64,000 nucleotides of DNA, from assembly GCA_965197645.1 (NCBI GenBank), contig OZ240219.1:2048001-2112000 (forward strand). Reading direction: 5' to 3'. The notes beneath the pieces were generated by a model that was not told the origin of the DNA, made no database searches, and was given only the letters and a program-made list of their open reading frames with translations. How positions within the stretch are numbered: position 1 is the first letter of the stretch; each line of letters opens with the position of its first letter. Below are positions 39,907-50,444 of this stretch, piece after piece. Position numbers and translations under genes: made by a program. Source of the stretch: Dehalococcoidia bacterium. GTDB lineage: Bacteria; Chloroflexota; Dehalococcoidia; Plut-88900.

Positions 39907-41280
39907 TTAGCTCCTCAGGGGGGCTACCCCATCTTCGATGGCCGAGTTGAGGGAACTCTCGAATGCGTCCAGGGTTCGCTGTATGTCCTCGTCGGAGTGG
40001 GCCATCGAGCAGATCCCCAGCCGTACCCAGCAATCGACTCCGTTGAACACCATGTTCTTTCGCAGCGCTCCCATGGCAGCGCCCGCCTCGGGATGGTTCA
40101 GCAGGGTGGCGGTGCTCAGGGGCGGTTTCTCGCTGTACTCGGTGGGGTCCGATTCGCAGTCACCCAGATAGACGTGGAACATCGACTTCGTGCCGTAGCA
40201 GGCACCCGATATTCCGTTCTCCTGGATTATGCTGTGGATACCCCTCCGAAGCTTGTCGGCGACCTCGTTGGCCCGCCGGTGGGGCTCGCCGGTGGCTATC
40301 ACCTTCAAGCATGCAACCCCGGCCGCCACTGAGATGGGATTGGCATTGAAGGTACCCGGATGAGGCATTCGCTGGTGCCGGTTCCAGTGCGGGTCGTCTC
40401 GATGCTGGATCATGTCCAGCAGGTCGGCCTTGCCGGCGACAGCGCCTCCGGGCATGGCCCCCATCAGTATCTTCGCCATCGTCGAAAGGTCCGGGCTTAC
40501 ACCGATATCGCCCTGCCAGCCTCCCGGGGTCCAGCGGAACCCGGTCACCACCTCGTCGAAGACCAGGACGGTGCCGTACTTGTCACACAGCTCCCGTGCG
40601 GAGCGAGCGTACTCTGCGGTAGTGGGAATGGTGCCCATGTGAGCGCCCCCACCCTCGATGAGCACCGCCGCCACCTCTCGGGTCGAGAGGGCGTTTTCCA
40701 ACGCCTGGGTATCGTTGGGAGGCACTACTATGACGCTGTCCTGGATGCCGGCCGGCATGCCAGATGTGGGCTCGTCGTAGGGAGAGTCCACGCCGACGTA
40801 GACCGCATCGGCCCAGCCGTGAAAGTTGGCCTGCAGCTTCACTATCTTCGGGCGGCCCGTGTAGGTCCGGGCGAGGCGGATGGCCATCATATTGGCCTCC
40901 GTCCCCGAGTTGACGAACCGCATCTTCTCCACGGAGGGATAGAGCTGCTTTATCTGCTCGGCCAGCTCTATCTCCATGTTGTGGGAACCGCTGTAGTGCG
41001 ACCCCTTGGCCGCCTGCTGCTGCACTGCCTCTACCACTTCCGGGTGGGCGTACCCCAGAATGGATGCGCCGTGACCCATGGCGTAGCAGACGTAGTCCGT
41101 GCCGTCCACGTCCCACTTGTGAGAGCCCCGAGTCCGCTCGATGTAGGGAGGAAAGGGTGAGAATGCCCGGCTGTCGTGGGTAACGCCGTCGGGGAAGAGG
41201 GTGCGAGCCTTCTCCGCCATAGCCTGGGACTTGGGATGGGTCCGGATATAGTTGGCTTCCGCCTCTTGAGTCTTCATCAT
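39907..41280 (-). CDS. Class III PLP aminotransferase (glutamate-1-semialdehyde aminomutase-like)
   Basis: NSGTEA, FDEVVTGFR, MAK, GTFNANP. Confidence 0.92.
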   Translation of the reverse strand: MMKTQEAEANYIRTHPKSQAMAEKARTLFPDGVTHDSRAFSPFPPYIERTRGSHKWDVDGTDYVCYAMGHGASILGYAHPEVVEAVQQQAAKGSHYSGSHNMEIELAEQIKQLYPSVEKMRFVNSGTEANMMAIRLARTYTGRPKIVKLQANFHGWADAVYVGVDSPYDEPTSGMPAGIQDSVIVVPPNDTQALENALSTREVAAVLIEGGGAHMGTIPTTAEYARSARELCDKYGTVLVFDEVVTGFRWTPGGWQGDIGVSPDLSTMAKILMGAMPGGAVAGKADLLDMIQHRDDPHWNRHQRMPHPGTFNANPISVAAGVACLKVIATGEPHRRANEVADKLRRGIHSIIQENGISGACYGTKSMFHVYLGDCESDPTEYSEKPPLSTATLLNHPEAGAAMGALRKNMVFNGVDCWVRLGICSMAHSDEDIQRTLDAFESSLNSAIEDGVAPLRS

Positions 41281-41499
41281 TCCTCCTGGCTATCGAAAGT
41301 GGGGTGCGGGAAAAGAAGCGATATTATAGCACAGGGCGCCCCAGCCTCTTCGGTTTCAGCATCACTCTCTCCTGTCTGCGACCGTTTCGGCTATTTTAAT
41401 CCCTTGCGATGACGAAGGTCGTTGTCACGGTATCAAACTGCCTGTATATTATCAGTCGGCCTCGGCCTGAAGTCGCGAGCAAAGGGAGGAGACGATATC

Positions 41500-42525
41500 G
41501 TGGTTAGACTAGCCTACAGCTTGGGCAACAACATGGACCCCGATGTGCTGATCGAACGGGCAAAAAAGATAGAGTCGGCTGGCTTCGAGATAGCGTTCTC
41601 CAACGAGCTTTTTGCCTCCCCCTTCGTTCCCCTGGCGGCCGTCGCTCCCCAAACCGAGCGGCTAAAGCTGGGCTGCAGCATCGCCTACGCCTTCACCCGG
41701 AGCCCCCTGGAGACAGCCATAACCATGCTGGACCTGGACCAGATCACCAGGGGCAGGTTCATCCTGGGTCTGGGCTCTGGGGTGAGGCGGCTCAACGAAA
41801 ACTGGCACGGCGTGTCCAACTACGGCCGGCCCGCGCCCCACATGAAGGAGTGCGTGCGGGCCGTCAAAGCCATCCTCGATGGCATCGTCTCGGGGAACCC
41901 GGTGCAGTTCCAGGGCGAGTACTACAACCTGGACATGCGGGGCTGGGATAGGGACGACACGCCGGTCAACGGCACCATACCCATCTACATGGCCGCCGTC
42001 CGAGAGGGCATGTGCCGGGCTGTCGGCGACGTGGCCGACGGGGTCCTGGGATTCCCTGTGTGGACGCCCCGATGGTTGAAGGAGGTGGTCCTGCCGAACA
42101 TCGCCATCGGGTTGAAGCGTTCTGGCCGGAAGAGGAGCGACATCGATATCTGGGGTTCGTTGACGGTAGCCATCACCAACGATAAGAAACAGGGCTACAT
42201 GGACGCCCGGAGCATCCCCGGGTTCTACGCAACCATTCGTACCTACGAACCTGTGTTCACCCATCACGGCTTCGAAAAAGAGGTGGCCGAGATAAGGGAA
42301 GCCTTCATGAATCTACAGGGCTTCGGCGACGAGGTGCTGGCCCCTATCAGCGAGGAGATGGCCGGACAGTTCGTTGCAGTAGGCTCCGCCGACGAGGTGA
42401 GGAAGCGGGTCAACGAGATGGCCGAGCTCTGCGATGGCGTCGACCTCAACGTACCGTCCGACTCCGTGCCGCCGGAACGGGTCGCCGAGTACGAGAAGGC
42501 CATGTTCGAGACCTTCGCCAGCTGA
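41500..42525 (+). CDS. LLM-class (probably F420-dependent) oxidoreductase
   Basis: IAYAFTRSP, GRFILGLGSG; GTG start after GGAGG. Confidence 0.9.
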   Translation: MVRLAYSLGNNMDPDVLIERAKKIESAGFEIAFSNELFASPFVPLAAVAPQTERLKLGCSIAYAFTRSPLETAITMLDLDQITRGRFILGLGSGVRRLNENWHGVSNYGRPAPHMKECVRAVKAILDGIVSGNPVQFQGEYYNLDMRGWDRDDTPVNGTIPIYMAAVREGMCRAVGDVADGVLGFPVWTPRWLKEVVLPNIAIGLKRSGRKRSDIDIWGSLTVAITNDKKQGYMDARSIPGFYATIRTYEPVFTHHGFEKEVAEIREAFMNLQGFGDEVLAPISEEMAGQFVAVGSADEVRKRVNEMAELCDGVDLNVPSDSVPPERVAEYEKAMFETFAS

Positions 42526-42609
42526 CATGGCCATCAGGAAGGACTCCCCTTCGATCCGTGTCCGGTTTGACAGGACTTATGCCATAGGGATTTGAGGCAG
42601 CTACCGAAT

Positions 42610-43263
42610 ATGATAATAGACATGCACTCCCACTCGATCTTCTCCGATGATGCTCGGGCCACCGTCGAGCAGTACGTGAAGTGGATTGCCAAAGTGGTCA
42701 GGAAAAACCACAAGCTGGACGCCGTCGTCCTGACCGAGCACCGGGGCTTCGACTGGAAGTCCGACTACTCGGACCTGGAAGAAGAGTACGATATCAAGAT
42801 CTTCAAAGCCTCGGAGCTGGACACCAATCGAGGGCACGTTCTGCTCTACGGTGTCAACGATCGTCTCCTGGAGCGGTTCAACTTCGCCGACGTTACCATG
42901 GACGCGATGGCACTGGTCGAAGAGGCGAAGGCCTCGGGCGCCTTTGGTGTGCCGGCCCACCCCGGTCGAAAACGGATCGGGTTGTGCGAGTTCCTGGAGA
43001 ACGGGATGGACATCCCGGACGTCCAGGTGATGGAGGTATTGAACGGCGGCAGCACCCCGCCGGAGAACGAGCGCGCCAGCCAGCTGGTGCAGGAGCGAGG
43101 CTACAAGGGTATCGGGGGCAGCGATGCCCATTTCGTCAACGCCATCGGCAAGTACGCCACCGAGTTCGAGAACGAAATCGGCACCATAGAGGACCTGGTC
43201 GAGGAGCTCAAGAAGGGCGCTTTCGAACCGGTACGTCTGGACGATACCACCCCAAGCTCGTGA
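42610..43263 (+). CDS. PHP-domain metal-dependent phosphoesterase
   Basis: DMHSHS, LTEH, GH, AHP, GSDAH. Confidence 0.9.
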   Translation: MIIDMHSHSIFSDDARATVEQYVKWIAKVVRKNHKLDAVVLTEHRGFDWKSDYSDLEEEYDIKIFKASELDTNRGHVLLYGVNDRLLERFNFADVTMDAMALVEEAKASGAFGVPAHPGRKRIGLCEFLENGMDIPDVQVMEVLNGGSTPPENERASQLVQERGYKGIGGSDAHFVNAIGKYATEFENEIGTIEDLVEELKKGAFEPVRLDDTTPSS

Positions 43264-43273
43264 GCTTGTAATC

Positions 43274-43711
43274 ATGGCGGAGCTGCAGTTCAACAGAGAG
43301 GTCCTGGGCAAAAGGTACGAGGTCGGGCCTTACCACGTCACCCGAGAGACAGTGCTCGACTACCTACACTCCGTGGGTGAGACCAACCCCCTCTACACCG
43401 GCGTTGGCCAGGACGGTAAGCTCTCGGCGCCCCACGCCCTGCTCAACATCTTCTTCGACGACTGGGAGTCGCCGGACCTGGACATAAAGTTCGAAGGGGT
43501 CAACTACAAGGCCGGGCACTGGCTGGAGCCGCTGGCGCCCATCAAGGCCGGCGACGTGATAATGGCCAGCTTCTGGATCAAGGACGTCTTCGCCAAGACG
43601 GGGCGCTCGGGCCCGATGGCCTTCATTCACGCCGAGGGCCTGCTGACCAACCAGGACGGCGTCGAGGTGGCCAAGGTGGGTTTCTCCAGCGTTCTCCGCA
43701 AGGAGTCGTAA
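43274..43711 (+). CDS. MaoC/HadA-like hotdog-fold dehydratase subunit
   Basis: VGETNP...AP...PIKAGD...KTGRSGPM...NQDG. Confidence 0.85.
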   Translation: MAELQFNREVLGKRYEVGPYHVTRETVLDYLHSVGETNPLYTGVGQDGKLSAPHALLNIFFDDWESPDLDIKFEGVNYKAGHWLEPLAPIKAGDVIMASFWIKDVFAKTGRSGPMAFIHAEGLLTNQDGVEVAKVGFSSVLRKES

Positions 43712-43716
43712 CCCCG

Positions 43717-44114
43717 GCAGGGTGTCGAACACCCTCTCGACCATCCGCCTAGCCCCCTTCCTGGCCAGGAAGAGGGGAAAAATAAGATAATTTCTGAGGG
43801 ACACCCCTTCGGTGGGCTCAGGGCAGGCTCTCAGACTCCCGGCAAAGGGGCTTCGCTCCTCTATACACCCCATGGTCGATTAGCTCGTGAAGGGAACCTG
43901 TTGAGACTGCTCCGGGACTTCGTGTCCGGGAGTCCAGAGGGCTTCCCTCTGGCAGGGGGCCTGGGGGGCGTACCCCCAGAATACTAAGACATCCCAAGGC
44001 GGGTGGGAGGGCAAACAAACCTGGGGTGGGGGCCTTCTTCCTGACCACGAGCGAGGATGGCGTTGCTGCAGAGGGGCGCAGCCCCTCTGTACACCTCATA
44101 TTTGCTCCGCCTGC
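43717..44114. repeat. Cluster of GC-rich hairpin repeat elements
   Basis: 43930-44011 matches 19999-20082 and the reverse of 53811-53895; related hairpins at 43717-43871 and 44067-44091. Confidence 0.8.
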
Positions 44115-44199
44115 TAGACTGCTATTGACCGGACAGCCTCTCAGCGGCCGGTATTGGTCTCAGGGTACGAGGATTCACAACGACATGTAGGAGCACACC

Positions 44200-45168
44200 A
44201 TGCCCAAGCTGGACTTCGGCGTATGCGTCGGCGAAAATTTTTCGATGACTGAGGGCCTGGAAACAGCCGCCGCCGTAGAGGAGATGGGCTTCGATTCTCT
44301 CTGGCTAGTGGAAAGCGTGGGCTCCGGCACCACCCTATTGGAACCTCTAGTCACCCTTGCCGTCTTCGCCACCCGCACCCGGAAGGTATCCCTCGGTCCC
44401 GCCGTCGTCATTCTTCCCCTGCGCAACCCGGTGGGACTGGCCCATGCCGGCGCCACCCTGGACATGCTCTCCAACGGCCGCTTCGCCCTTGGTATAGGTG
44501 TAGGCGAAAGATCGCCTCAGCCCTTCGAAGCATACGGCGTCCCCGTCAAGGAGCGAGGTAGTCGCTGTGAGGAAGCGCTGGAGATTATCAAACGTCTCTG
44601 GACCGAGGAAACGGTAACCTATGAAGGGCGCTACTGGAGCCTCGATGATTATGGATTGGGACTCAAGCCGGTCCAGAAACCGCACCCACCCATCTGGTTT
44701 GCCGGAGCGAGAGCCGAGTCGGTTGTGAAACGGGCGGCCCGGCTAGGAGACGCCATCTACCCGACCCGCACCACTCCTTCCGAGCTGGCCGGCATTTTCC
44801 AACGTCTCGACGGCTACCGGCTGGAGTACGGTCGCAGCGGAGACCCATTCGTAAAGGCCGTCTATCTGCGTCTGTGCATCTCGGACACCGTACAGCGGGG
44901 CCGGGACCTGTTCGTCAACACGCTGGAGAGCCGCTACAAGATCAAGATAGCTATAGATGACGACCCCGGCTCATCCGGTGGGAACGGCGCTGCCCTGACC
45001 TTTGGCAAACACGAGCTGATTGGAGACCCGGACTACATCTCCGAGAACATCCGGGAGTACGCCGAGGCCGGAGTCACCCACGTGGTATTGGACATGTCGT
45101 GCCCCCGAGAAGAGATCATTCCCCAGCTCAAACTTTTCACCGATCGAGTCATGCCTAAGTTCAAGTAG
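44200..45168 (+). CDS. LLM-class flavin-dependent oxidoreductase
   Basis: GFDSLW, PLRNPV..A...ATLD.LSNGR, KPVQKPHPPIW. Confidence 0.93.
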   Translation: MPKLDFGVCVGENFSMTEGLETAAAVEEMGFDSLWLVESVGSGTTLLEPLVTLAVFATRTRKVSLGPAVVILPLRNPVGLAHAGATLDMLSNGRFALGIGVGERSPQPFEAYGVPVKERGSRCEEALEIIKRLWTEETVTYEGRYWSLDDYGLGLKPVQKPHPPIWFAGARAESVVKRAARLGDAIYPTRTTPSELAGIFQRLDGYRLEYGRSGDPFVKAVYLRLCISDTVQRGRDLFVNTLESRYKIKIAIDDDPGSSGGNGAALTFGKHELIGDPDYISENIREYAEAGVTHVVLDMSCPREEIIPQLKLFTDRVMPKFK

Positions 45169-45268
45169 CGGCTGTAGCGGAAGGCTTGACTATGGAGGTT
45201 AGAAGGGACTGAATACTGGGGGCTCCAACATAGTGATTCTGAACGCGTGGGATTAGGAGATTGTCGAG

Positions 45269-46402
45269 ATGGAGGGTTTAGTGCTCCCCGTCATCGCGTT
45301 GATCATATTCGCTGTCCTGGTTGGCAACCTAATCGGATGGTGGAGAATAAGGAGTAGGACCGCTACGGTACTGGTCGTGGTGTTCGTCGCTGTCATCTTG
45401 GCCTTGGTCGCTGGCTGCGCCTCTGAGCCCACCCAGGAGATTTCGACACCGACCTCCGCTCCGGCAGCCACACCCATGCCGACACCGACATCGACTGCCG
45501 AGCCAACAACGGCGTCCATGCCGACTCAAGAGGTACCGCTCACTCCGGCAGCGACGGAGGAATCGGCAACCCCAGCCGCCACCACCGCAACGCCGGCAAC
45601 TACGCCGACCTCTACCACAACGCCGAATCCGGATCCCACCGCAACACCTACCCCTACTCCAGAACCTACGCCTACTCCCACAGCAACGCCGGCCCCTACG
45701 CGTACCCCAACTCCGACACCCACACTAACGCCCGATCCCACCCCCGTACAGCCCATCAGCGTCTCCGGGCAGGGGACGTCCACCCGAGCCATCGACCTGA
45801 GCGAGGGCCTGTGGGTTGTTGACCTGAGCCTGTCAGGGAGTCAGGGCTACCTCGGCATTGTCATAGAGTCGGTTGCCGTCAGCGCAGACGGTTCTGGTCG
45901 AGCGTTGCTTTTCAACGAGGTCATGGACAGTGATGACTGGAGCGGTAGCGTCACCCTGCGGGTGGGCGATGATTGGTCGGCTGATATAGGCCCGGGCCGG
46001 CAGATCATCAGCGCAGAGGCCACCGGCTCTTGGACGCTGACGTTTGCTCACCAGTCGCACATCCAGAACCCGACACAGGAGTCGACCACTGTTGGGCCTA
46101 TCAGTGTCTCCGGGGAGGGGACGTCCACCCGAACCATCGACCTGAGCGAAGGCCTGTGGATTGTCGAGCTGAGCCTGTCAGGGAGTCAGGGCTACCTCGG
46201 CATTGTCATAGAGCCGGTTGCCGTCAGCGCAAACGGTTCTGGTCGAGCGTTGCTTTTCAACGAGGTCATGGACAGTGACGACTGGAGCGGTAGCGTCACC
46301 CTGCGGGTGGGCGATGATTGGTCGGCCGATATAGCCCCGGGCCGGCAGATCATCAGTGTCGATGCCACCGGCTCCTGGCAGCTAACCTTCACCAGGCAGT
46401 AG
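45269..46402 (+). CDS. Membrane/lipoprotein with Pro/Thr stalk and two near-identical ~98-aa beta domains
   Basis: TM plus VAGC lipobox-like motif; DNA repeat 45752-46045 / 46097-46390. Confidence 0.85.
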   Translation: MEGLVLPVIALIIFAVLVGNLIGWWRIRSRTATVLVVVFVAVILALVAGCASEPTQEISTPTSAPAATPMPTPTSTAEPTTASMPTQEVPLTPAATEESATPAATTATPATTPTSTTTPNPDPTATPTPTPEPTPTPTATPAPTRTPTPTPTLTPDPTPVQPISVSGQGTSTRAIDLSEGLWVVDLSLSGSQGYLGIVIESVAVSADGSGRALLFNEVMDSDDWSGSVTLRVGDDWSADIGPGRQIISAEATGSWTLTFAHQSHIQNPTQESTTVGPISVSGEGTSTRTIDLSEGLWIVELSLSGSQGYLGIVIEPVAVSANGSGRALLFNEVMDSDDWSGSVTLRVGDDWSADIAPGRQIISVDATGSWQLTFTRQ

Positions 46403-46457
46403 CGGAAAATAGGGTCTGCTTTGGGACCCAGCGCGTATTAACCAGACTCGAGCTATC

Positions 46458-48203
46458 TCAGCCGGCGTTAGCGTGCATCTTCCGGCAGTGGGGGCAGCGC
46501 AGCTCCTCCACGTTCTCCGCGCCGTAGTCCCTGGTCGCCGCTTCCTCGGAGACGTAGCCGTTGGTGAGGTCGTTCCTCAGCAGCTCCCTGTCCCGCTCCG
46601 ACGGATCGCCGTACCCCCCCGAGCCCGCCGCTTCGTACCAGACGGCGTCGTCGCTGGCGAGCTGAAAGGCCGGCCCTTTGCTGTTACGGGGCGTCTCGTT
46701 GCCCTGGCTGTCCCTGATGTGAATCCTCGTGGGCGATCCGTCCTTGCCGCCCAACAGCCCGAAGGGCGCCACCTTGGTCCGCTCGGCGCAGACGGCGGCC
46801 GTCGCCGTGTGGTCCAGCACCCTGGTGACCCTCCTGGCCCCGCACCCGCCCCGGTACTTGCCCGGCCCGCCGGTATCGGGAAGTATCTCGTATCTTTCTA
46901 TGAGCAGCGGAAACCGCATCTCCATCTGCTCCACGGGGGTGTTCATGGTGTTGCTGATGCCCACCTTGACCGAGTTGATCCCATCCTGGTTGGGACGGGC
47001 GCCCATGCCGCCGGCCAGCGTTTCGTAGCTGACGTACCGCTTCTTGGTCTCAGGGTGAAGCCCGCCGACGGTCAGGATGGCCGAGGTACCCTGGGAGCAG
47101 GCGAGAACGTTCTGGGGGTAGCCCGATGCCACCGCCCCGAAGAGCATGTCGCAGATGTGATGGGTCATCTCGTGGTTGGCGAACACCACCGGCGCCGGGT
47201 GGAGAACGTTGACCACGCTTCCCTCGGGCGCCGTGACCCGTATCGGCCGCCACGCCCCCGAGTTGGGAGGGATCAGGTCGTAGGGGTCGACGATCATCTT
47301 CACCGCCGTGTAGACCCCTGAGGCGGTCACGGCGAGGGGGGCGTTCATGGGGCCGTCGACCTGGGCATCGCTGCCCGTGAAGTCGACGGTCATCTCGTCG
47401 CCCCGCTTGCTCACCCTGATCTGGAGGTGAATCATCTCGTCCTCGGTCTGTCCCAGGGAGATCAGCCCGTCGCCGTCTGCGTAGTCCTCGAAGAAGAACT
47501 CGCCGTCGTCCAGCCGCTCGAGCTGGGCCCGCGTCATCCGGTCCGAGTAGTCCTGGATCCCCTGCATGATATCGATCAGGACGTCAGGGCCGTACTTGTT
47601 CGCCATCTCCTCCACGCGAAGCGCTCCCCGGCGGTTGGCGGCCACCTGTGCTCGCAGGTCCCCTCGACGCTCTTCGGGAGTACGAACGTTGGCCCAAATC
47701 AGGCTATCGATGTCAGTGTTCAGCTCGCCGGCGTTATACAGCCTGACACCCGGCAGACGGAGTCCTTCGCCGTATATCTCCGGGGTGGCGCCGTAGCTGC
47801 CCGGCGTTGCGCTGCCGATGTCGGGCCAGTGGGCCCGGGTGCAGGCGAACCCCAGAAGTTTCTCCTCGTCCAGAAAGATGGGTGACACTACGTTGACGTC
47901 CGGCAGGTGGGAGCCGCCGAAGTATGGATCGTTGTGAATGAACACGTCGCCGGGGGCGAAGGTGTCGGCAACGGACATGATCGCCTTCACCGTCAGCGGC
48001 ATGGAGCCTAGGTGTATCGGGATATCCGGGCCCTGGGCCACCATGTTGCCCTCGGAATCGAAGATTCCGCAGGAGTAGTCTCCCGCCAGCTTGAGAAGTG
48101 GGGAGTAGGCCGTCTTCGCCAGCACCACCTTCATCTCTTCGGCGGCGGACAGCAGAGCGTTCTTCACCACCTGAAACGTTACGGCGTCTACGTCTCTATC
48201 CAT
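46458..48203 (-). CDS. Hydantoinase B / oxoprolinase family protein
   Basis: TAYSP, IPIHLGS, NDPYFGGSHLPD, HWPDIG, NTPVE..E, GGYGDP. Confidence 0.95.
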   Translation of the reverse strand: MDRDVDAVTFQVVKNALLSAAEEMKVVLAKTAYSPLLKLAGDYSCGIFDSEGNMVAQGPDIPIHLGSMPLTVKAIMSVADTFAPGDVFIHNDPYFGGSHLPDVNVVSPIFLDEEKLLGFACTRAHWPDIGSATPGSYGATPEIYGEGLRLPGVRLYNAGELNTDIDSLIWANVRTPEERRGDLRAQVAANRRGALRVEEMANKYGPDVLIDIMQGIQDYSDRMTRAQLERLDDGEFFFEDYADGDGLISLGQTEDEMIHLQIRVSKRGDEMTVDFTGSDAQVDGPMNAPLAVTASGVYTAVKMIVDPYDLIPPNSGAWRPIRVTAPEGSVVNVLHPAPVVFANHEMTHHICDMLFGAVASGYPQNVLACSQGTSAILTVGGLHPETKKRYVSYETLAGGMGARPNQDGINSVKVGISNTMNTPVEQMEMRFPLLIERYEILPDTGGPGKYRGGCGARRVTRVLDHTATAAVCAERTKVAPFGLLGGKDGSPTRIHIRDSQGNETPRNSKGPAFQLASDDAVWYEAAGSGGYGDPSERDRELLRNDLTNGYVSEEAATRDYGAENVEELRCPHCRKMHANAG

Positions 48204-50298
48204 TGGGTGTTCCTTCCAGTGTAAGCACCACCGATCCCGATTCCGTCAGTCGAGCGCTCTGTCCAGGGTAAACAACGATGGTAGAGCTCGGCTCCTGGAT
48301 CACTGCGGGTGCGGGAATGGGCGCGTTGATGGGAAGCAAGTCCCTGTCATGGACCTTGCAGCTCGATAGCCCGGTCTCCTTGAAGTAGACATAACGCTCT
48401 CCCGACACGCTCCGCGCCATGTCTCGACCGTCCGGGCCAATCTTCTGGTTGATGTAGTTGCTGCCTAGCGCTCCGATAGCCGTGAGCCGGAGGTTCACCA
48501 TCTGCACCGGCTCGCCGGGGGCGTTGTACCCATAGGTCCTGCGGTGCTGATCGTGGAAGCGGTCCGCTATCCCGGCCGTCGACCCCGAATCGACGTCCGA
48601 TGAGTCCAGGGGCACGGTCAGCTCATATGCCTGGTGTCCGTAGCGCAGGTCCACAGAAGCCTGGAAGCTCCATCCCGCTTCTTCTGCGCCCGACTCGGCC
48701 AGCATCACTCTTGCCTCTTGCTCCATCTCGGCGATGACGCTGCGTACGTCATTCAGCGCCTCGTCTTCCAGGGGAGTGTATAGAGTTCGGACGTAGTCGC
48801 GCTTGAGATCGGTGCAGACCAGCCCCATGGCTGAAAAGGCGCCGGGGTTGGGCGGGACTATCACCCTGCCTATATCCAGCTCTACGGCCAACCGACCGGC
48901 GTGCACGGGGCCCGCTCCGCCGAAGGCCACCAGGGAGAACTCTCGTGGGTCGTAGCCCCGCTCGATGGAGATCATGCGGATGGCGTTGGCCATGTTGGAG
49001 TTGACGATGTCCACGATCCCCTGGGCCGCCTCACTGGTGTTCAGCCCCAACCGCTTGCCCACCGACGAGTCTATCGCCTTTTCGGCTCTCTCCAGGTCGA
49101 TGGTCATCCTTCCACCCAGCAGGGTTTCCGGGTCCAGGTACCCAAGCACAACGTCGGCATCGGTGACCGTGGGGTCTTCCCCGCCCAGGCCATAACAGGC
49201 GGGGCCGGGCGATGCGCCGGCGCTCTGCGGGCCAACGCGCAACCCTCCGCCGTCGTCCACCCAGGCGATGCTTCCCCCGCCGGCGCTGACCTCGGCCAGG
49301 TCTACCACCGGCACCTTGATGGGGTGGCCCGTGCCCTGTAGCCACCGGCGGAAGCTGCCTTCGCCGCCCACCTCGTACTCCGTGGTAACCGTTACCTCCC
49401 CGTCGTCGATGAGGCTGGCTTTAGCCGTCGTGCCGCCCATGTCGAAAGAGATCAGCTTTGGGATGGAGAGCGCCTCGCCCAGGGCCGCAGCCGCCGTAAC
49501 TCCTGCTGCCGGGCCCGACTCGATGAGCATGGCCGGCATCTCCAAGCCCTGCTCCACGGAGAACACGCCGCCGCTGGAGCCGGTGAGGTACATCGGGGGG
49601 TATGCGTCCGATTCGAGAAACCGGTTGAGCCGGTCGAGATAGCCCTCCAGTATCGGGGCCACGTACGCACATACCGATACCGTGCTGGTCCGCTCGTACT
49701 CCCGCATTTCCGGTAGCACCTGGCTGGAGAGGAAGACCCGCACGTCGGGCAGCTCTCGCCGGAGCGCCTCACCTATCTTTTGCTCGTGCGAGGGGTTAAG
49801 GAAGGAGAAGAGCAGACATACGGCTACCGCCTCGACCTCGTGGGCTTTGAGGAACTCGATGATTTCCGCCATGCTCGATTCGTCCAGGGGAGTCCGCACG
49901 TTGCCATGGGCATCCACCCGCTCCGTGACCTCCAGCCGCAGGTGCCGGGGTATGAGCACCCGCGGGGGCGGCTGGAACATGTTGTACAGCTCGGCCCTGG
50001 CCTGACGGCGTATCTCCAGTACGTCTCTGAACCCGCTGGTGGTTATCAGCGCCGCCCGCGCCCCCTTGGATTCGAGGATTGCGTTGGTCACGACGGTCGT
50101 AGCGTGGGACAGGAAGGAGATATTGTCCGGGGTTATGTTGCGGTCGTTACTCAGGGTCCTGAGAGCATCGATTACCGCGGTGGCGTAGTCCTGCGGAGTG
50201 GACGAGAGCTTCCAGATCGCCTGCTCTCCGGTGTCCTCATCTACGATGGCGAGGTCGGTAAACGTCCCGCCAATATCTATCCCGGCTCTGATACCCAA
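48196..50298 (-). CDS. Hydantoinase A / oxoprolinase family protein
   Basis: IDIGGTFTD, EYERTST, ESGPAAG, DMGGTT, AGGGSI; TTG start after AGGAG. Confidence 0.95.
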   Translation of the reverse strand: MGIRAGIDIGGTFTDLAIVDEDTGEQAIWKLSSTPQDYATAVIDALRTLSNDRNITPDNISFLSHATTVVTNAILESKGARAALITTSGFRDVLEIRRQARAELYNMFQPPPRVLIPRHLRLEVTERVDAHGNVRTPLDESSMAEIIEFLKAHEVEAVAVCLLFSFLNPSHEQKIGEALRRELPDVRVFLSSQVLPEMREYERTSTVSVCAYVAPILEGYLDRLNRFLESDAYPPMYLTGSSGGVFSVEQGLEMPAMLIESGPAAGVTAAAALGEALSIPKLISFDMGGTTAKASLIDDGEVTVTTEYEVGGEGSFRRWLQGTGHPIKVPVVDLAEVSAGGGSIAWVDDGGGLRVGPQSAGASPGPACYGLGGEDPTVTDADVVLGYLDPETLLGGRMTIDLERAEKAIDSSVGKRLGLNTSEAAQGIVDIVNSNMANAIRMISIERGYDPREFSLVAFGGAGPVHAGRLAVELDIGRVIVPPNPGAFSAMGLVCTDLKRDYVRTLYTPLEDEALNDVRSVIAEMEQEARVMLAESGAEEAGWSFQASVDLRYGHQAYELTVPLDSSDVDSGSTAGIADRFHDQHRRTYGYNAPGEPVQMVNLRLTAIGALGSNYINQKIGPDGRDMARSVSGERYVYFKETGLSSCKVHDRDLLPINAPIPAPAVIQEPSSTIVVYPGQSARLTESGSVVLTLEGTPNG

Positions 50299-50444
50299 TG
50301 AACGTCTCCTCGCAACAGAAGGATTGGTGTTCGGCCTGCGGCGAATATATATTTCGCTTACTGGGGTGTCAAGGATGTCCGGCTGAAGATCCGGGGTGGA
50401 TAGGCGAACTCCGTAGAGGATAGAATGACTTGAAGGACTCTGGG

